A DNA stretch of 64,000 nt from Candidatus Rokuibacteriota bacterium (GCA_016193045.1 JACPSW010000086.1:11135-75134), one strand, 5' to 3'; shown: positions 1 through 13,598, counted from the stretch's first letter. Notes: generated from the sequence alone by a model not told the origin. Translations and numbers: made by a program.

Positions 1-203
1 AACTGGACGCGATCCTCACCTACATCGACAAGCTGCGCCAGCTCGACACCGAGGGCGTCGAGCCCACCTCCCACGCGATCCCGATGGTGAACGTGATGCG
101 CGAGGACGAGGCCCGCCCGTGCCTGCCGGCCGGGGCGATGCTCGCCAACGCGCCGGAGCGCGAGGGCGACTTCTTCCGCGTCCCGAAGATCATCGAAGAG
201 TAG
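1..203 (+). CDS. gatC: Asp-tRNA(Asn)/Glu-tRNA(Gln) amidotransferase subunit C (5'-truncated by the window edge)
   Basis: Frame from nt 3 reads [24 protein letters not shown]...NVMREDE...[18 protein letters not shown]; lies directly upstream of gatA. Confidence 0.95.
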   Translation, partial: LDAILTYIDKLRQLDTEGVEPTSHAIPMVNVMREDEARPCLPAGAMLANAPEREGDFFRVPKIIEE

Positions 204-205
204 CC

Positions 206-1654
206 GTGCCCACGATCGCGGAGCTCGGGGCCCGGTACCGCAGCGGGGAGGCGACGCCGACCGAGGTGGTCGAGTCCTATCTCCAGCGGATCGAGACGCT
301 GGACCCGCAGGTGCGCGCCTACGTGACCCTCACCCGGGAGTCGGCCCTGGCCCAGGCCGAGGCGGCCGGGAAGCGCCTGAAGGCGGGCCGGCCCCTGAGC
401 CTCCTCGACGGGGTGCCGCTCGCCATCAAGGACGTGATCTGCACCAACGGGGTGCGGACCACCTGCGCGTCGAAGATCCTCGAGAATTTCGTTCCACCGT
501 ACGACGCGACCGTCATGGCGCGCCTCGGTGCCGCCGGGGCGGTGATGCTGGGCAAGACCAACATGGACGAGTTCGCCATGGGCTCGTCCACCGAGAACTC
601 GGCCTTCTTCCCCACGCGCAACCCGTGGGACCTGGCCCGCGTGCCCGGGGGCTCCTCCGGCGGCTCGGCGGCGGCGGTCGCGGCCGACCTCGCCGCCGGC
701 GCCCTCGGCAGCGACACGGGCGGCTCGATCCGCCAGCCCGCTGCCTTCTGCGGCACCGTGGGAGTGAAGCCGACCTACGGGCGGGTCTCCCGGTACGGCC
801 TCGTGGCCTTCGCCTCCTCGCTGGATCAGATCGGCCCCCTGGCCCGGACCATCCGCGACGCGGCGCTCCTTCTCCAGGTCATCGCCGGCCACGATCCTCT
901 CGACTCCACCTCCACGGATGTCCCCGTCCCCGACTATCCGGCGGCGCTGGGGCAGGGGATCCAGGGCCTCCGCGTCGGCATCCCGAGCGAGTACGTCATC
1001 GAGGGCATGGACCCCGAGGTGGGGAAGGCCGTATCGGCCGCCATCGAAGCCCTGAAGGGCCTCGGCGCCAAGACGGAGAAGGTCTCCCTCCCCACGACCG
1101 ACTACGCGCTGGCCGCCTACTACCTGATCGCCCCGGCGGAGGCGTCCTCGAACCTGGCGCGCTACGATGGCGTCAAATACGGCCACCGCGCGGCGGGCGG
1201 GAAGGACCTCATCCAGATGTACGGGCGCACCCGCGCCGAGGGGTTCGGCCCGGAGGTGAAGCGCCGGATCATGCTCGGGACCTACGCCCTCAGCGCCGGA
1301 TACTACGACGCCTATTATGGCAAAGCCCAACGGGTGAGGACGCTGGTCCGGCGCGACTTCCAGCAGGCCTTCGAGCGCGTGGACGTGCTCGCCTGCCCCA
1401 CCACCCCCAGCGTCGCCTTCAAGCTGGGCGAGAAGGAGGATCCGCTCCAGATGTACTTCTGCGACATCTTCACGATCCCGGTGAACCTGGCCGGGCTCCC
1501 CGGGGTGTCGCTCCCATGCGGCTTCACCCAGAGCGGACTCCCCATCGGGCTCCAGCTGATCGGCAAACCATTCGATGAATCCACGCTGCTGAGCGCGGCC
1601 TACGCCTACGAGCAGGCCACGCCCTGGCACACGCGCGCCCCGGCCCTGACATGA
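206..1654 (+). CDS. gatA: Amidotransferase subunit A
   Basis: Amidase signature [44 protein letters not shown] at 206 just after the gatC stop. Confidence 0.97.
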   Translation: MPTIAELGARYRSGEATPTEVVESYLQRIETLDPQVRAYVTLTRESALAQAEAAGKRLKAGRPLSLLDGVPLAIKDVICTNGVRTTCASKILENFVPPYDATVMARLGAAGAVMLGKTNMDEFAMGSSTENSAFFPTRNPWDLARVPGGSSGGSAAAVAADLAAGALGSDTGGSIRQPAAFCGTVGVKPTYGRVSRYGLVAFASSLDQIGPLARTIRDAALLLQVIAGHDPLDSTSTDVPVPDYPAALGQGIQGLRVGIPSEYVIEGMDPEVGKAVSAAIEALKGLGAKTEKVSLPTTDYALAAYYLIAPAEASSNLARYDGVKYGHRAAGGKDLIQMYGRTRAEGFGPEVKRRIMLGTYALSAGYYDAYYGKAQRVRTLVRRDFQQAFERVDVLACPTTPSVAFKLGEKEDPLQMYFCDIFTIPVNLAGLPGVSLPCGFTQSGLPIGLQLIGKPFDESTLLSAAYAYEQATPWHTRAPALT

Positions 1655-3111
1655 GGATGACGACCGACTACGAAAGCGTCATCGGGCTGGAGGTCCACGC
1701 CCAGCTCCTGACGCGCTCCAAGATGTTCTGCGGCTGTCCCACGGCTTTCGGGCGCGCGCCCAACTCCCAGACCTGTCCGATCTGCCAGGGCATGCCGGGG
1801 GTCCTGCCGGTCATCAACCGGCGCGCCATCGAGTTCGCGATCCGGACGGCGCTGGCGCTTCACTGCACGGTCAACGCCGGCTGCCGCTTCGCCCGCAAGC
1901 ACTACTTCTATCCTGACATGCCGAAGAACTACCAGATCAGCCAGTACGAGGAGCCGCTGGCGGTAAACGGCTGGCTGGAAATCGAGGCACATGGGACCAC
2001 CCGTCGAATCGGCATCGAGCGCCTTCATCTGGAGGAAGATGTGGGGAAGCTCGTCCACGAGGGGACGCTGGAGACGGCGCGGGCGAGCCTCGTGGACTTC
2101 AACCGCTCGGGCGTCCCGCTGATGGAGATCGTCTCCAAGCCGGACCTCCGCTCCCCTGAGGAGGCGGCCGCGTACCTGAAAACCCTGCGCGCGATCCTCA
2201 TGTATCTGGGGGTCTGCGACGGCAACATGGAGGAGGGCTCGCTGCGCTGCGACACCAACATCTCCCTCCGACCCCGCGGCTCGACGGACTACGGGGTCAA
2301 GGTCGAGATCAAGAACTTGAACTCCTTCAGGAACGTCCAGCTTGCGACGGCCTATGAGGGTGAGCGGCAGAGTGCAGCCATCATGTCCGGACAGATCATC
2401 GTCCAGGAGACCCGGCTCTGGGAAGCGGACAAGGGCAAGACACTCTCCATGCGCTCGAAGGAGTACGCCCACGACTACCGCTACTTCCCGGAGCCCGATC
2501 TGGTGCCGCTCAAGGTGGAGCAGCGCTGGGTCGATCAGTTGCGGACGACCCTGCCGGAGCTCCCCGTGGCGCGCCAGCAGCGCTTCGTCACCCAGTACGG
2601 GCTGCCGGCCTACGATGCCGAGCTCCTCACGCAGAGCCGGGCCCTGGCGGACTATTACGAGGCGGCGGCGCGCGAGTACCCGAAGCCGAAGATCGTGTCC
2701 AACTGGGTGCTGTCCGAGCTCCTCCGCGAGCTGCCGGGCGATGACGAGGCCGCCCTGGCCCGCTGCCCGATCCCGCCGAGAAACCTGGCGCGGCTCCTGG
2801 CCCTGATCGACGGCGGGACCATCAGCGGGAAGATCGCCAAGGACGTCTTCGAGAAGATGTACAGCTCGGGCGAGGACGCCGAGACGATCGTCAAGCGCGA
2901 GGGGCTCGTCCAGGTGGCCGACACGGGCGCCCTGGCGTCCGTCGTGGACCAGATCCTGGCCGCCAACGCCCACGCCGTGGAGGATTGGAAGAAGGGCAAG
3001 AAGCAGAGCCTCGGCTTCCTGGTGGGCCAGGTGATGAAGGCCACCCAGGGCAAGGCCAACCCCGCGATCGTCAACCAGCTCCTCCTCGAGAAGCTCCCGA
3101 AGCAATCCTAA
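1651..3111 (+). CDS. gatB: Amidotransferase subunit B
   Basis: [35 protein letters not shown] motifs; C-terminal Yqey-like domain; start may be ATG 1651 or 1657. Confidence 0.97.
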   Translation: MRMTTDYESVIGLEVHAQLLTRSKMFCGCPTAFGRAPNSQTCPICQGMPGVLPVINRRAIEFAIRTALALHCTVNAGCRFARKHYFYPDMPKNYQISQYEEPLAVNGWLEIEAHGTTRRIGIERLHLEEDVGKLVHEGTLETARASLVDFNRSGVPLMEIVSKPDLRSPEEAAAYLKTLRAILMYLGVCDGNMEEGSLRCDTNISLRPRGSTDYGVKVEIKNLNSFRNVQLATAYEGERQSAAIMSGQIIVQETRLWEADKGKTLSMRSKEYAHDYRYFPEPDLVPLKVEQRWVDQLRTTLPELPVARQQRFVTQYGLPAYDAELLTQSRALADYYEAAAREYPKPKIVSNWVLSELLRELPGDDEAALARCPIPPRNLARLLALIDGGTISGKIAKDVFEKMYSSGEDAETIVKREGLVQVADTGALASVVDQILAANAHAVEDWKKGKKQSLGFLVGQVMKATQGKANPAIVNQLLLEKLPKQS

Positions 3112-3229
3112 GGCCGGGCCGAGAGATCCCGGCGTTCTCGGTCGTCGGGCATCCTCAACGTACAGCCGCGTACGCCTCCGGTGCCCTCCTCCCTCGGGCC
3201 TTGGGCTGCTCGGCTCTCGGCCCGGCCTT
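3110..3229. repeat. Long inverted-repeat element (16-bp perfect arms) after gatB; REP/MITE-like or terminator
   Basis: AAGGCCGGGCCGAGAG (3110-3125) is the exact reverse complement of CTCTCGGCCCGGCCTT (3214-3229). Confidence 0.6.
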
Positions 3230-3291
3230 GGGGCCGCGCTCCAAACCTTGGAGCTCTCGGCCGGTGCGGCTTATAATGGCGTATTCCTTAG

Positions 3292-3963
3292 ATGATTCAG
3301 CTCCAGGGCGTGTCTAAGGTGTACCGGGTGGGGCCGGTGAAGGTCACGGCCCTCGCCGACGTCTCGCTCGAGATCGAAAAGGGCGAGTTCACGGTCCTGG
3401 CCGGGCCAAGCGGGTCGGGCAAGACGACACTCCTCCGGCTCCTCTACCGCGACGAGGTGCCGACGGAGGGCGAGATCCGGGTCGCCGGCTTCGACGTCAC
3501 GGGCATGCGGCGCTCCAGGATCCCCCACCTCCGGCGCGCCGTCGGGGTGGTCTTCCAGGACGCCAAGCTCCTGCCCGCCCGGAATGTGTACGACAACGTG
3601 GCCTTCGTCCTCCGGGTGCTCGGGACGCCGCGGCGCGAGATCACGCCGCGGGTCATGCAGACGCTGAAGGCGGTGGGGCTCTCCGCCAGGGCCCAGGCGC
3701 TCCCGGCGCAGATCTCCCAGGGCGAGCAGCAGCGGGCCGCGCTGGCGCGGGCGCTCGTCAAGGAGCCCGCCCTCCTCCTGGCCGACGAGCCCACGGGGAA
3801 TCTGGATGAGGCCATGGCAGACGAAATCCTCTACCTCCTGAGCGACATCTGGAACCGCGGGACGACGATCCTGCTGGCGACCCACCGGGCAACGCTCGCG
3901 GACCAGCTCAAGCGGCGCACCCTCGTGCTCGACGGGGGCCGACTCTTGAAGGACGAGGACTGA
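3292..3963 (+). CDS. ftsE: Cell division ATP-binding protein FtsE
   Basis: Walker A GPSGSGKTT, VVFQD, SQGEQQR signature, LLADEPTGNLD; followed by ftsX; TATAAT at 3272-3277. Confidence 0.92.
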   Translation: MIQLQGVSKVYRVGPVKVTALADVSLEIEKGEFTVLAGPSGSGKTTLLRLLYRDEVPTEGEIRVAGFDVTGMRRSRIPHLRRAVGVVFQDAKLLPARNVYDNVAFVLRVLGTPRREITPRVMQTLKAVGLSARAQALPAQISQGEQQRAALARALVKEPALLLADEPTGNLDEAMADEILYLLSDIWNRGTTILLATHRATLADQLKRRTLVLDGGRLLKDED

Positions 3964-3968
3964 GCGCG

Positions 3969-4853
3969 ATGCTCTTCTTTCTGATCGGCGAGGCGCTGCG
4001 CGATCTCCGGCGGGGTGGGCGCGTGGCGGTGAGCGCGGTGCTCCTGATCATGCTGTCCCTGACCGCTCTCGGCGCCTTCTGGGTGCTCTCGCTCAACCTC
4101 GGCCGCGCCCTGGTCCAGTGGCGCGACCGCTTCCGCGTCGTCGTGTATCTGCGCGAGGAGCCGCCGGCGGGTCAGGTCGAGGGGCTCCTCGAGAAGATCG
4201 AAGGCGTCGGCGGGATCCAGCGGCTGCGGTATGTCTCCAAGGGCCAGGCGCTCCAGGCGCTGCGGCGGCAGATCGGCGGCCAGGCCAGCGTGGTGGCGGA
4301 ATTGCCGGCCAATCCGCTGCCGGCGTCAGTGGAGGTCACGCCCGCCGCCGAGGCTATGACTCCGGAGGGCACGCGGGCGCTGATCCAGCGGCTCTCCGCC
4401 CTCGCGGAGGTGGAGGAAGTCCAGGGGGGGACCGCGTGGGTGGAGTGGCTGGCCCAGTTCCAGGGACTGCTCCAGGCGATCGGCCTCTCGCTCGGGGCCG
4501 TCCTGGCCCTGGCGGCGATCCTGACGGCGACGACGGCGACGACGCTGGTGCTCCACGCGCGGCGGGAGGAGATGGAGATCATGCGGCTCGTGGGGGCTTC
4601 CGAGATGGTGATCCGCCTGCCGCTCCTCCTCCAGGGCCTGATCCAGGGCTTCGTGGGCGCCCTGATGGCGGTGGGTGGGCTCTATCTCGCCTTTCGACTG
4701 GCGCTGCCGACGCTGGAGCCGCTCCTGTCGGTCACGCTGGGGCTCCCCGGCGCCGCGTTCTTTGCTCCCGCGGAGATCGCCGTGCTTGTGGGCGGGGGCA
4801 GCCTGCTGGGAGGCCTGGGCGGGCTCCGGGCCAAGGGCGAGAAACCGGCGTGA
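3969..4853 (+). CDS. ftsX: Cell division permease FtsX
   Basis: Four TM segments; NPLPAS and RREEMEIMRLVGA motifs; ftsE-ftsX-envC order. Confidence 0.92.
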   Translation: MLFFLIGEALRDLRRGGRVAVSAVLLIMLSLTALGAFWVLSLNLGRALVQWRDRFRVVVYLREEPPAGQVEGLLEKIEGVGGIQRLRYVSKGQALQALRRQIGGQASVVAELPANPLPASVEVTPAAEAMTPEGTRALIQRLSALAEVEEVQGGTAWVEWLAQFQGLLQAIGLSLGAVLALAAILTATTATTLVLHARREEMEIMRLVGASEMVIRLPLLLQGLIQGFVGALMAVGGLYLAFRLALPTLEPLLSVTLGLPGAAFFAPAEIAVLVGGGSLLGGLGGLRAKGEKPA

Positions 4854-6049
4854 GCGCACGGGCGATCGGTCTCGCATTGGTGGCTCTCGCCCTCCTGACG
4901 GCGCCGGCGGCGGCCCAGAAGCGCGATGACCAGACACTCCGCCAGAGCCAGCGCACCCTCCAGCAGACCCAGAGGCAGCTCAGGGACGAGCGGGCCCGGG
5001 CCGCCGAGGCGCGGCTCCGGGAAACGTCGCTCCTCTCCGAGCTCGAGGCCATCGAGCTGACCCTCGCCAAGAAGCGGCGGGACATCGACGCGCTCGGCCG
5101 GCGTATCGTCAAGGCGCAGGGCGAGGTCCGGGGCCTGGAACGGGACATCGGCCGCCTCGAGACTCAGCGCGTGGGGCAGCAGGAAGTCCTCGGCCGGCGC
5201 CTCAGGGCCATGTACAAGCTCCAGGCCCAGGGCGGCGCCCTGCCGCTGCTCCTCGCCGAGGATGATCCAATGGCGCGGGCGGTCCAGCTCCGCCACCTGA
5301 CGACGCTCGCGGTGGTGGACGCCCGGCTGATTCGGGAGTATCGTGGAATTTCAGAGCACCTGGGGGAGCGGAAGGGGCAGGTCGAGAAGCAGCGGCAGGG
5401 GCTGTCCGCCCTCCGGGCCCGGGTGGAGGGGGAGCGGGCGGAGGTGGACCGGGAGGCGGCCCGGCGCCGGGGGCTCCTGGCCAAGGTCCGGGAGGAGCGG
5501 GCCTACCACGAGCGGATGGTGGGCGAGCTCTCGGAGGCGGCCAAGCGGCTGGAGGCGCTGATCCGGGACCTCCAGGCCCGGCAGCGCCGCGTGACGAAGC
5601 TCCCGCCTCCCGGCAAGGGTGGCGAGCCCCCCACGATCGGCTTCGGGACGCTCAGGGGCTCGCTGCCGTGGCCCACCGATGGGCGGATCGTGAGCGCCTT
5701 CGGCGAGCAGGTGCACCCCCGCTTCGGTACCAGGACGTTCAGGCGGGGGATCGACATCGAGGCCGGCGAAGGAGCGGGGATCGTGGCCGTCGCCGCCGGC
5801 CACGTGGTGTATACGGGGTGGTTCAAGGGGTACGGGAACTTGATCATTCTCGATCACGGCAACGATTTCTACACGCTGTACGCCCACGCCGCGGAGATCC
5901 GGGTGAAGGAAGGTGACGACGTGCGGCAGGGCCAGACGATCGGCACGGTGGGGGACACCGGGTCCCTGGCGGGTCCCCGCCTGTACTTCGAGGTGCGCTA
6001 CCAGGGGCGGCCCCAGGATCCCGCCGAGTGGCTGCGGCGACGCGGGTAA
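4850..6049 (+). CDS. envC: Murein hydrolase activator EnvC family (coiled coil + M23 domain)
   Basis: GTG overlaps the ftsX stop; signal peptide; long coiled coil; LPWP, GIDI, GYGNLIILDHG, LYFEVR (degenerate M23). Confidence 0.88.
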   Translation: MSARAIGLALVALALLTAPAAAQKRDDQTLRQSQRTLQQTQRQLRDERARAAEARLRETSLLSELEAIELTLAKKRRDIDALGRRIVKAQGEVRGLERDIGRLETQRVGQQEVLGRRLRAMYKLQAQGGALPLLLAEDDPMARAVQLRHLTTLAVVDARLIREYRGISEHLGERKGQVEKQRQGLSALRARVEGERAEVDREAARRRGLLAKVREERAYHERMVGELSEAAKRLEALIRDLQARQRRVTKLPPPGKGGEPPTIGFGTLRGSLPWPTDGRIVSAFGEQVHPRFGTRTFRRGIDIEAGEGAGIVAVAAGHVVYTGWFKGYGNLIILDHGNDFYTLYAHAAEIRVKEGDDVRQGQTIGTVGDTGSLAGPRLYFEVRYQGRPQDPAEWLRRRG

Positions 6050-6075
6050 AACTCGAGAGCGAGGAGGCTCTTCCG

Positions 6076-7350
6076 ATGGGTCCCATCCGGCAGGTCAAGA
6101 AAGCGGTCCTCATCACCGGGTTGCTGTTCGTGCTCACCCTCTCCCTCGGGGGCACCAGCGCCAGTAAGAGCACCGATCAGGGCGCGACGTACGAGAACCT
6201 CAAGCTCTTCACCGAGGTGCTCTCGATCGTGCAGAGCCAGTATGTGGACGAGGTGCCCCCCAAGGAGCTGATCTACAGCGCCATCAAGGGCACGCTCCGC
6301 GGCCTGGATCCGCACAGCTCCTTCCTGGACCCCGAGAGCTACCGCGAGATGCAGGTGGAGACCACCGGGACGTTCGGCGGCCTCGGCATCGAGATCACGC
6401 TGAAGGATGACCTGCTGACCGTGGTGTCGCCGATCGATGGGACGCCGGCGCACCGGGCGGGGATCCACTCCGGCGACAGGATCGTGAAGATCGAGGGGAT
6501 CGCCACCAAGGACTTGTCGCTCGCCGACGCGGTCAAGCGGATGCGCGGCAAGCCCGGGACCAAGATCACGATCACGATCATGCGCGAGGGGTGGACCGAG
6601 CCCCGGGACTTCACGCTCACCCGCGAGCAGATCCGGGTCCAGTCGGTCCGGGGCCAGGACCTCGAGCCGGGCATCGGGTACGTCCGCCTGCGGCAGTTCC
6701 AGGAGCAGTCGCCCAACGATCTGGACGCCGCGCTGGAGAAGTTCACCAAGAACGGCCAGAAGCTCCAGGGGCTGATCCTCGACCTGCGGAACGACCCGGG
6801 CGGCCTCCTGACCGCGGCGGTGGAAGTCACGGAGAAGTTCCTGGAGGACGGCAAGCTCGTCGTGTACACGGAGGGGCGCGTCCGGAACCAGAGCATGCGC
6901 TTCACCGCCCACGCCAAGAAGCCCTACCTGGACTTCCCCATCGTGGTGCTGGTCAACCAGGGGAGCGCCTCGGCCTCTGAGATCGTGGCCGGAGCGCTCC
7001 AGGACTGGGGGCGGGCCATCGTCCTCGGAACGCAGACCTTCGGCAAGGGCTCCGTCCAGACCATCATCCCCCTGACGGATGGATCGGGGCTCCGCCTGAC
7101 CACGGCCAAGTACTTCACGCCGAAGGGCCGGTCGATCCACGGCAAGGGCATCACCCCCGACATCGTGGTGGAGCCCCCGAAGGTGGCGGCCGCCGCCGAC
7201 CCGGCGAAGCCCGTGGTGCCGCCGCCCTCGCCCGAGGAGGAGCTGAAGAAGGACGTCCAGGTCCAGCGGGCCGTGGACATTCTGAAGGCGATGCGCATTC
7301 TCGACAAGGCCCGGCCCGCGTCGTCGACGCCGCAGGCGCAAGCGAAATAG
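6076..7350 (+). CDS. ctpA: Carboxyl-terminal processing protease (S41A)
   Basis: LDPHS, GGLGIEI (PDZ), DLRNDPGGLL, SASASEIVAGALQD, TFGKGSVQ; GAGGAGG RBS before ATG 6076. Confidence 0.92.
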   Translation: MGPIRQVKKAVLITGLLFVLTLSLGGTSASKSTDQGATYENLKLFTEVLSIVQSQYVDEVPPKELIYSAIKGTLRGLDPHSSFLDPESYREMQVETTGTFGGLGIEITLKDDLLTVVSPIDGTPAHRAGIHSGDRIVKIEGIATKDLSLADAVKRMRGKPGTKITITIMREGWTEPRDFTLTREQIRVQSVRGQDLEPGIGYVRLRQFQEQSPNDLDAALEKFTKNGQKLQGLILDLRNDPGGLLTAAVEVTEKFLEDGKLVVYTEGRVRNQSMRFTAHAKKPYLDFPIVVLVNQGSASASEIVAGALQDWGRAIVLGTQTFGKGSVQTIIPLTDGSGLRLTTAKYFTPKGRSIHGKGITPDIVVEPPKVAAAADPAKPVVPPPSPEEELKKDVQVQRAVDILKAMRILDKARPASSTPQAQAK

Positions 7351-7358
7351 CCGTTTAG

Positions 7359-8357
<999 letters not shown>

Positions 8358-8393
8358 GGAGAGGTCGTGCGGCCCCCTCACCCCCCCCTCTAG

Positions 8394-9476
8394 ATGGCGC
8401 GGCTGGACTACGAATCATTCCTCTCGGGGTTGCCCGACGCCGTCGTGGGCGTGGACGAGGCGTTCCGGATCATTCTCTGGAACGCGGCGGCGGAAGCGCT
8501 GACGGGCAAGTCCGCGCGGCGGGTCCAGGCCCGGACCCTGAAGGAGATGTTCGCTCCCGACTCGTCGCTGGCGCGGCACCTGAGTGAGACCCTCCGGACG
8601 GGAGAGAGCCGGTCGGAGGCCGAGGCGATGATCGAGGGGGTGGACGGTCGCCCGATCCCCGTGAGTATCGTGACCGCGCCCATCACGGGGAGGAGCGGCA
8701 ACGTCGAGGCCGCAGTCGCCGTGCTTCGCGACCTTTCGCGCATCCGCCAGCTCGAAGAGGAGGTGCGGCGGGGGGAGACCCTGGCGGCGGCGGGACGGAT
8801 GGCGGTGGGGCTCGCCCACGAGATCCGCAATCCACTCGGCGCCATCCGCGGGGCCGTGCAGCTCTTGAAGAAGGAGCTCGGGGAGGAGGCGCGCTGGCGG
8901 GAGTACACCGACGTGCTGATGAAGGAGGTCGATCGGGTCAACCGGATCCTCGAGTCGCTGCTCGACCTCGGACGGCCCGTCCAGCTCCGGCTCGGGCCGT
9001 TGAACCTTCACCAGCTTCTGGAGCGCGTCGCGCTCCTGTCGGAGGAGCTGGCGGCGAGCCGCGGCGTCCAAATCGTCCGGCGCTACGATCCGAGCCTTCC
9101 GCCGATCCTCGCCGACGAGGACCGGATCCTCCAGGTCTTCCACAATTTGGTGCGCAACGCCATCGAGGCGATGCCGCGGGGCGGCCGCCTCACCCTGACG
9201 ACGCGCCTCAGCATGAGCCCGCTCTTCGCCAAGGTGGACCTGGGGACCGGCGCGCGGCACTTCGTCGTCGTGCAGGTGGCCGACGAGGGCGAGGGGATTC
9301 CCGAGGCGCTCAGGGCCAAGATCTTCGACCCGTTCGTCACCACCAAGGAGCGGGGGCTGGGGCTCGGGCTGGCGCTCTGCCACCGGATCCTGGAAGAGCA
9401 CAAGGGCGCCATCCAGGTCGAGAGCGTCCCGGGCAAGGGCACCACGGTCTCGTGCTTCCTGCCGATCGCCAAGTGA
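8394..9476 (+). CDS. PAS-domain sensor histidine kinase, NtrB-like
   Basis: N-terminal PAS; H-box LAHEIRNPLGAIRGAVQLL; N/G1/F/G2 boxes; YDPSLP motif typical of NtrB. Confidence 0.88.
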   Translation: MARLDYESFLSGLPDAVVGVDEAFRIILWNAAAEALTGKSARRVQARTLKEMFAPDSSLARHLSETLRTGESRSEAEAMIEGVDGRPIPVSIVTAPITGRSGNVEAAVAVLRDLSRIRQLEEEVRRGETLAAAGRMAVGLAHEIRNPLGAIRGAVQLLKKELGEEARWREYTDVLMKEVDRVNRILESLLDLGRPVQLRLGPLNLHQLLERVALLSEELAASRGVQIVRRYDPSLPPILADEDRILQVFHNLVRNAIEAMPRGGRLTLTTRLSMSPLFAKVDLGTGARHFVVVQVADEGEGIPEALRAKIFDPFVTTKERGLGLGLALCHRILEEHKGAIQVESVPGKGTTVSCFLPIAK

Positions 9477-9478
9477 TT

Positions 9479-9530
9479 CCCCCTCACCCCCCCCTCTCCC
9501 CCAGTGGGGGAGAGGACACGGGTGAGGGGG
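9479..9530. repeat. REP-like palindrome CCCCTCACCC...CCTCTCCCC...GGGGAGAGG...GGGTGAGGGG
   Basis: Nested inverted repeat; related copy at 48673-48724 and a partial copy at about 8358-8391. Confidence 0.7.
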
Positions 9531-9551
9531 TCATCGAAGGGTGAGGGGAAG

Positions 9552-11000
9552 ATGCCTGACGGCGGCATCCTGATCGCCGACGACGAAGACAGCCTGCGCT
9601 GGGTCCTGGAAAAGGGCCTGAAGCAGGCGGGCTATCGCGTCGTTGCGGTGAAGGACGGGGAGGCGGCCCTCCAGGCGGCCGGCAGCGAGCCCTTCGACCT
9701 GATCCTCCTCGACATCCGGATGCCGGGGATCGACGGCCTCACGCTCCTGGGGAAGATCCGGGAGGCGCGCCCGGACGCTCAGGTGGTCATCATGACCGCC
9801 CACGGCACCATGGAGACGGCCATCCAGGCGATGCAGCGGGGCGCCTACGATTACCTGGCCAAGCCCTTCGACATGGACGAGCTCCTCCTGCTCGCCGAGC
9901 GCGCGCTTCTGGCCAAGCGCCTCACCCAGGAAGTCAGGCAGCTCAAGACCGGGCTCCAGGAGGTATGGGAGTTCGGTGCCCTCGTGGGCCGTCACCCGCG
10001 GATGCAGGAGGTCTACAAGACCATCGGGCGCGTGGCGGCCAGCGACGTCACCGTGCTGCTGCGGGGCGAGTCGGGCACCGGCAAGGAGCTGGTGGCGCGG
10101 GCCATCCATCACTACAGCCGCCGCGCCGGCCGGCCCTTCGTCGCGGTCTCCGGCGCCGCCATTCCGGCAAACCTCCTCGAGAGCGAGCTCTTCGGCCACG
10201 AGCGTGGCGCGTTCACCGACGCCAAGGAGCGGAAGCTCGGGAAGCTCGAGCTGGCCCACGGCGGCACCCTTTACCTGGACGAGGTGGGCGACATGCCGCT
10301 CGATCTGCAGGCGAAGCTCCTCCGCGCCCTCCAGGAGCGCACCTTCGAGCGGGTGGGCGGCCACGACCCGATCCGCGTGGACCTCCGCGTGCTCGCGGCC
10401 ACGAACCGCGACCTGGAGGGGATGATGAGGGAGGGGCGCTTCCGGGAGGACCTCTTCTACCGCCTGAACGTGGTGACGCTTGCGCTGCCGCCGCTCCGCG
10501 AGCGCCGGGAGGACATCCCGCTCCTGGCGGAGCACTTCCTGGCCAAGCACGCGGGCGATCTTGGCGAGCGTGCCCTGGCTCCCGAGGCATTGGACCGGCT
10601 CGTGGGCTACGACTGGCCGGGGAACGTGCGCGAGCTGGAGAACGTGATCCAGCGCGCCATGGTGATGGCCCGGGGCGGCGTGATCCTGCCCGAGCACCTG
10701 CCGATCGAGCCGGTCTCCGCTGCGGCCACGGTGAGCGCGGACGCGAGTCTCGAGGAGGTCATCGAGAAGAAGCTCGCCGAGTGCGTCCGCGGCCTCCGCG
10801 GCCGCCCGGGCGCCAACCTCTACGAGCTGATGGTGGGGCTGGTCGAGAAGCCGCTCCTCAGAGCCGTCCTGCGCGAGACGGGCGGCAACCAGATCAAGGC
10901 CGCCGCCCTCCTGGGGATCAACCGCAACACCCTCCGGAAGAAGCTCAAGGAGCACGGCATCGACCCCGACGCCCTCGGCGGGGAATACGCTGGCAGGTAG
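9552..11000 (+). CDS. Sigma54-dependent response regulator, NtrC-like (REC-AAA+-Fis HTH)
   Basis: Receiver DD..D..K; GESGTGKE, ESELFGHERGAFTDA, WPGNVRELEN, GINRNTLRKK; ATG at 9552 (the track's upstream extension is the palindrome). Confidence 0.93.
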   Translation: MPDGGILIADDEDSLRWVLEKGLKQAGYRVVAVKDGEAALQAAGSEPFDLILLDIRMPGIDGLTLLGKIREARPDAQVVIMTAHGTMETAIQAMQRGAYDYLAKPFDMDELLLLAERALLAKRLTQEVRQLKTGLQEVWEFGALVGRHPRMQEVYKTIGRVAASDVTVLLRGESGTGKELVARAIHHYSRRAGRPFVAVSGAAIPANLLESELFGHERGAFTDAKERKLGKLELAHGGTLYLDEVGDMPLDLQAKLLRALQERTFERVGGHDPIRVDLRVLAATNRDLEGMMREGRFREDLFYRLNVVTLALPPLRERREDIPLLAEHFLAKHAGDLGERALAPEALDRLVGYDWPGNVRELENVIQRAMVMARGGVILPEHLPIEPVSAAATVSADASLEEVIEKKLAECVRGLRGRPGANLYELMVGLVEKPLLRAVLRETGGNQIKAAALLGINRNTLRKKLKEHGIDPDALGGEYAGR

Positions 11001-11007
11001 GTAGTTC

Positions 11008-11036
11008 TTGACAAACCCGATTGAGAATGGGATTAT
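11008..11036 (+). promoter_or_regulatory. Sigma70-type promoter, probably giving a leaderless transcript
   Basis: TTGACA-17nt-GATTAT, ending 6 nt before ATG 11043; no Shine-Dalgarno. Confidence 0.55.
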
Positions 11037-11042
11037 CCCTCC

Positions 11043-13082
<2,040 letters not shown>

Positions 13083-13095
13083 GAGCTACGGTCGT

Positions 13096-13124
13096 ACTCT
13101 ACCGCCGTGGCTGGGCAGCGTCAA
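13096..13124 (-). promoter_or_regulatory. Sigma70-type promoter for the TPP-thiC transcript
   Basis: Minus strand TTGACG-17nt-TAGAGT just upstream of the aptamer. Confidence 0.65.
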
Positions 13125-13338
13125 GCCTTCCTGCGGCTGACCCCCACCCCCTCGCCCCCTCCTCGGGGAACCCCCCCACCGATAGTATTTTTTTCTTTTT
13201 TCCCCCTCGTAAACCGGCGATAATACGCTCGGCCGGATCGGGAGGCGCCGGGCGGCGTGGTTCCCCTTCGGCATTCGGCAGCGCAGGTGAACGCGGTTCC
13301 CTTTGCGCTCGAGGCTCCGCCTCGAGAGAGGAGAAAGC

Positions 13339-13497
13339 ATGGCGAAGAAGAAGGCGGCGTTCGGCGGCTACTCCATCAGCTTCAAGGGCTGCAAGGACTC
13401 GGCGGAGTCGATTTTCGGCTCGAAGCCGATCGGCCCCTCCGTCATGACAAAAAAGATTTGGGCCTACGTCAAGCGGAAGAGGCTGGCAAAGCGGTAG
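13339..13497 (+). CDS. Small basic protein resembling the N-terminal half of a SWIB/MDM2 domain
   Basis: AGGAG RBS; MAKKKAAFGG...IFGSKPIGPSVMTKKIWAYVKRKRL resembles the SWIB 'vvKKlWaYIK' motif; 52 aa. Confidence 0.65.
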   Translation: MAKKKAAFGGYSISFKGCKDSAESIFGSKPIGPSVMTKKIWAYVKRKRLAKR

Positions 13498-13598
13498 GAT
13501 TCCGCCCGGCGCTTCCAGGCTCAAGCGCATAGCGGGAGAGAGGACCCCGACGTCCTCGTCACGGGCCTCTCTCCTCGTTTCTCTGGTAGAATCCTCCC

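Noticed and set aside
20..3105. Long antisense or alternate-frame ORFs (for example 20-1630, 1606-3105, and similar ones such as 9531-11699 and 55554-58340)
   Set aside because: Shadow ORFs of high-GC genes; Arg/Gly/Pro-rich with no motifs, overlapping clearly identifiable genes
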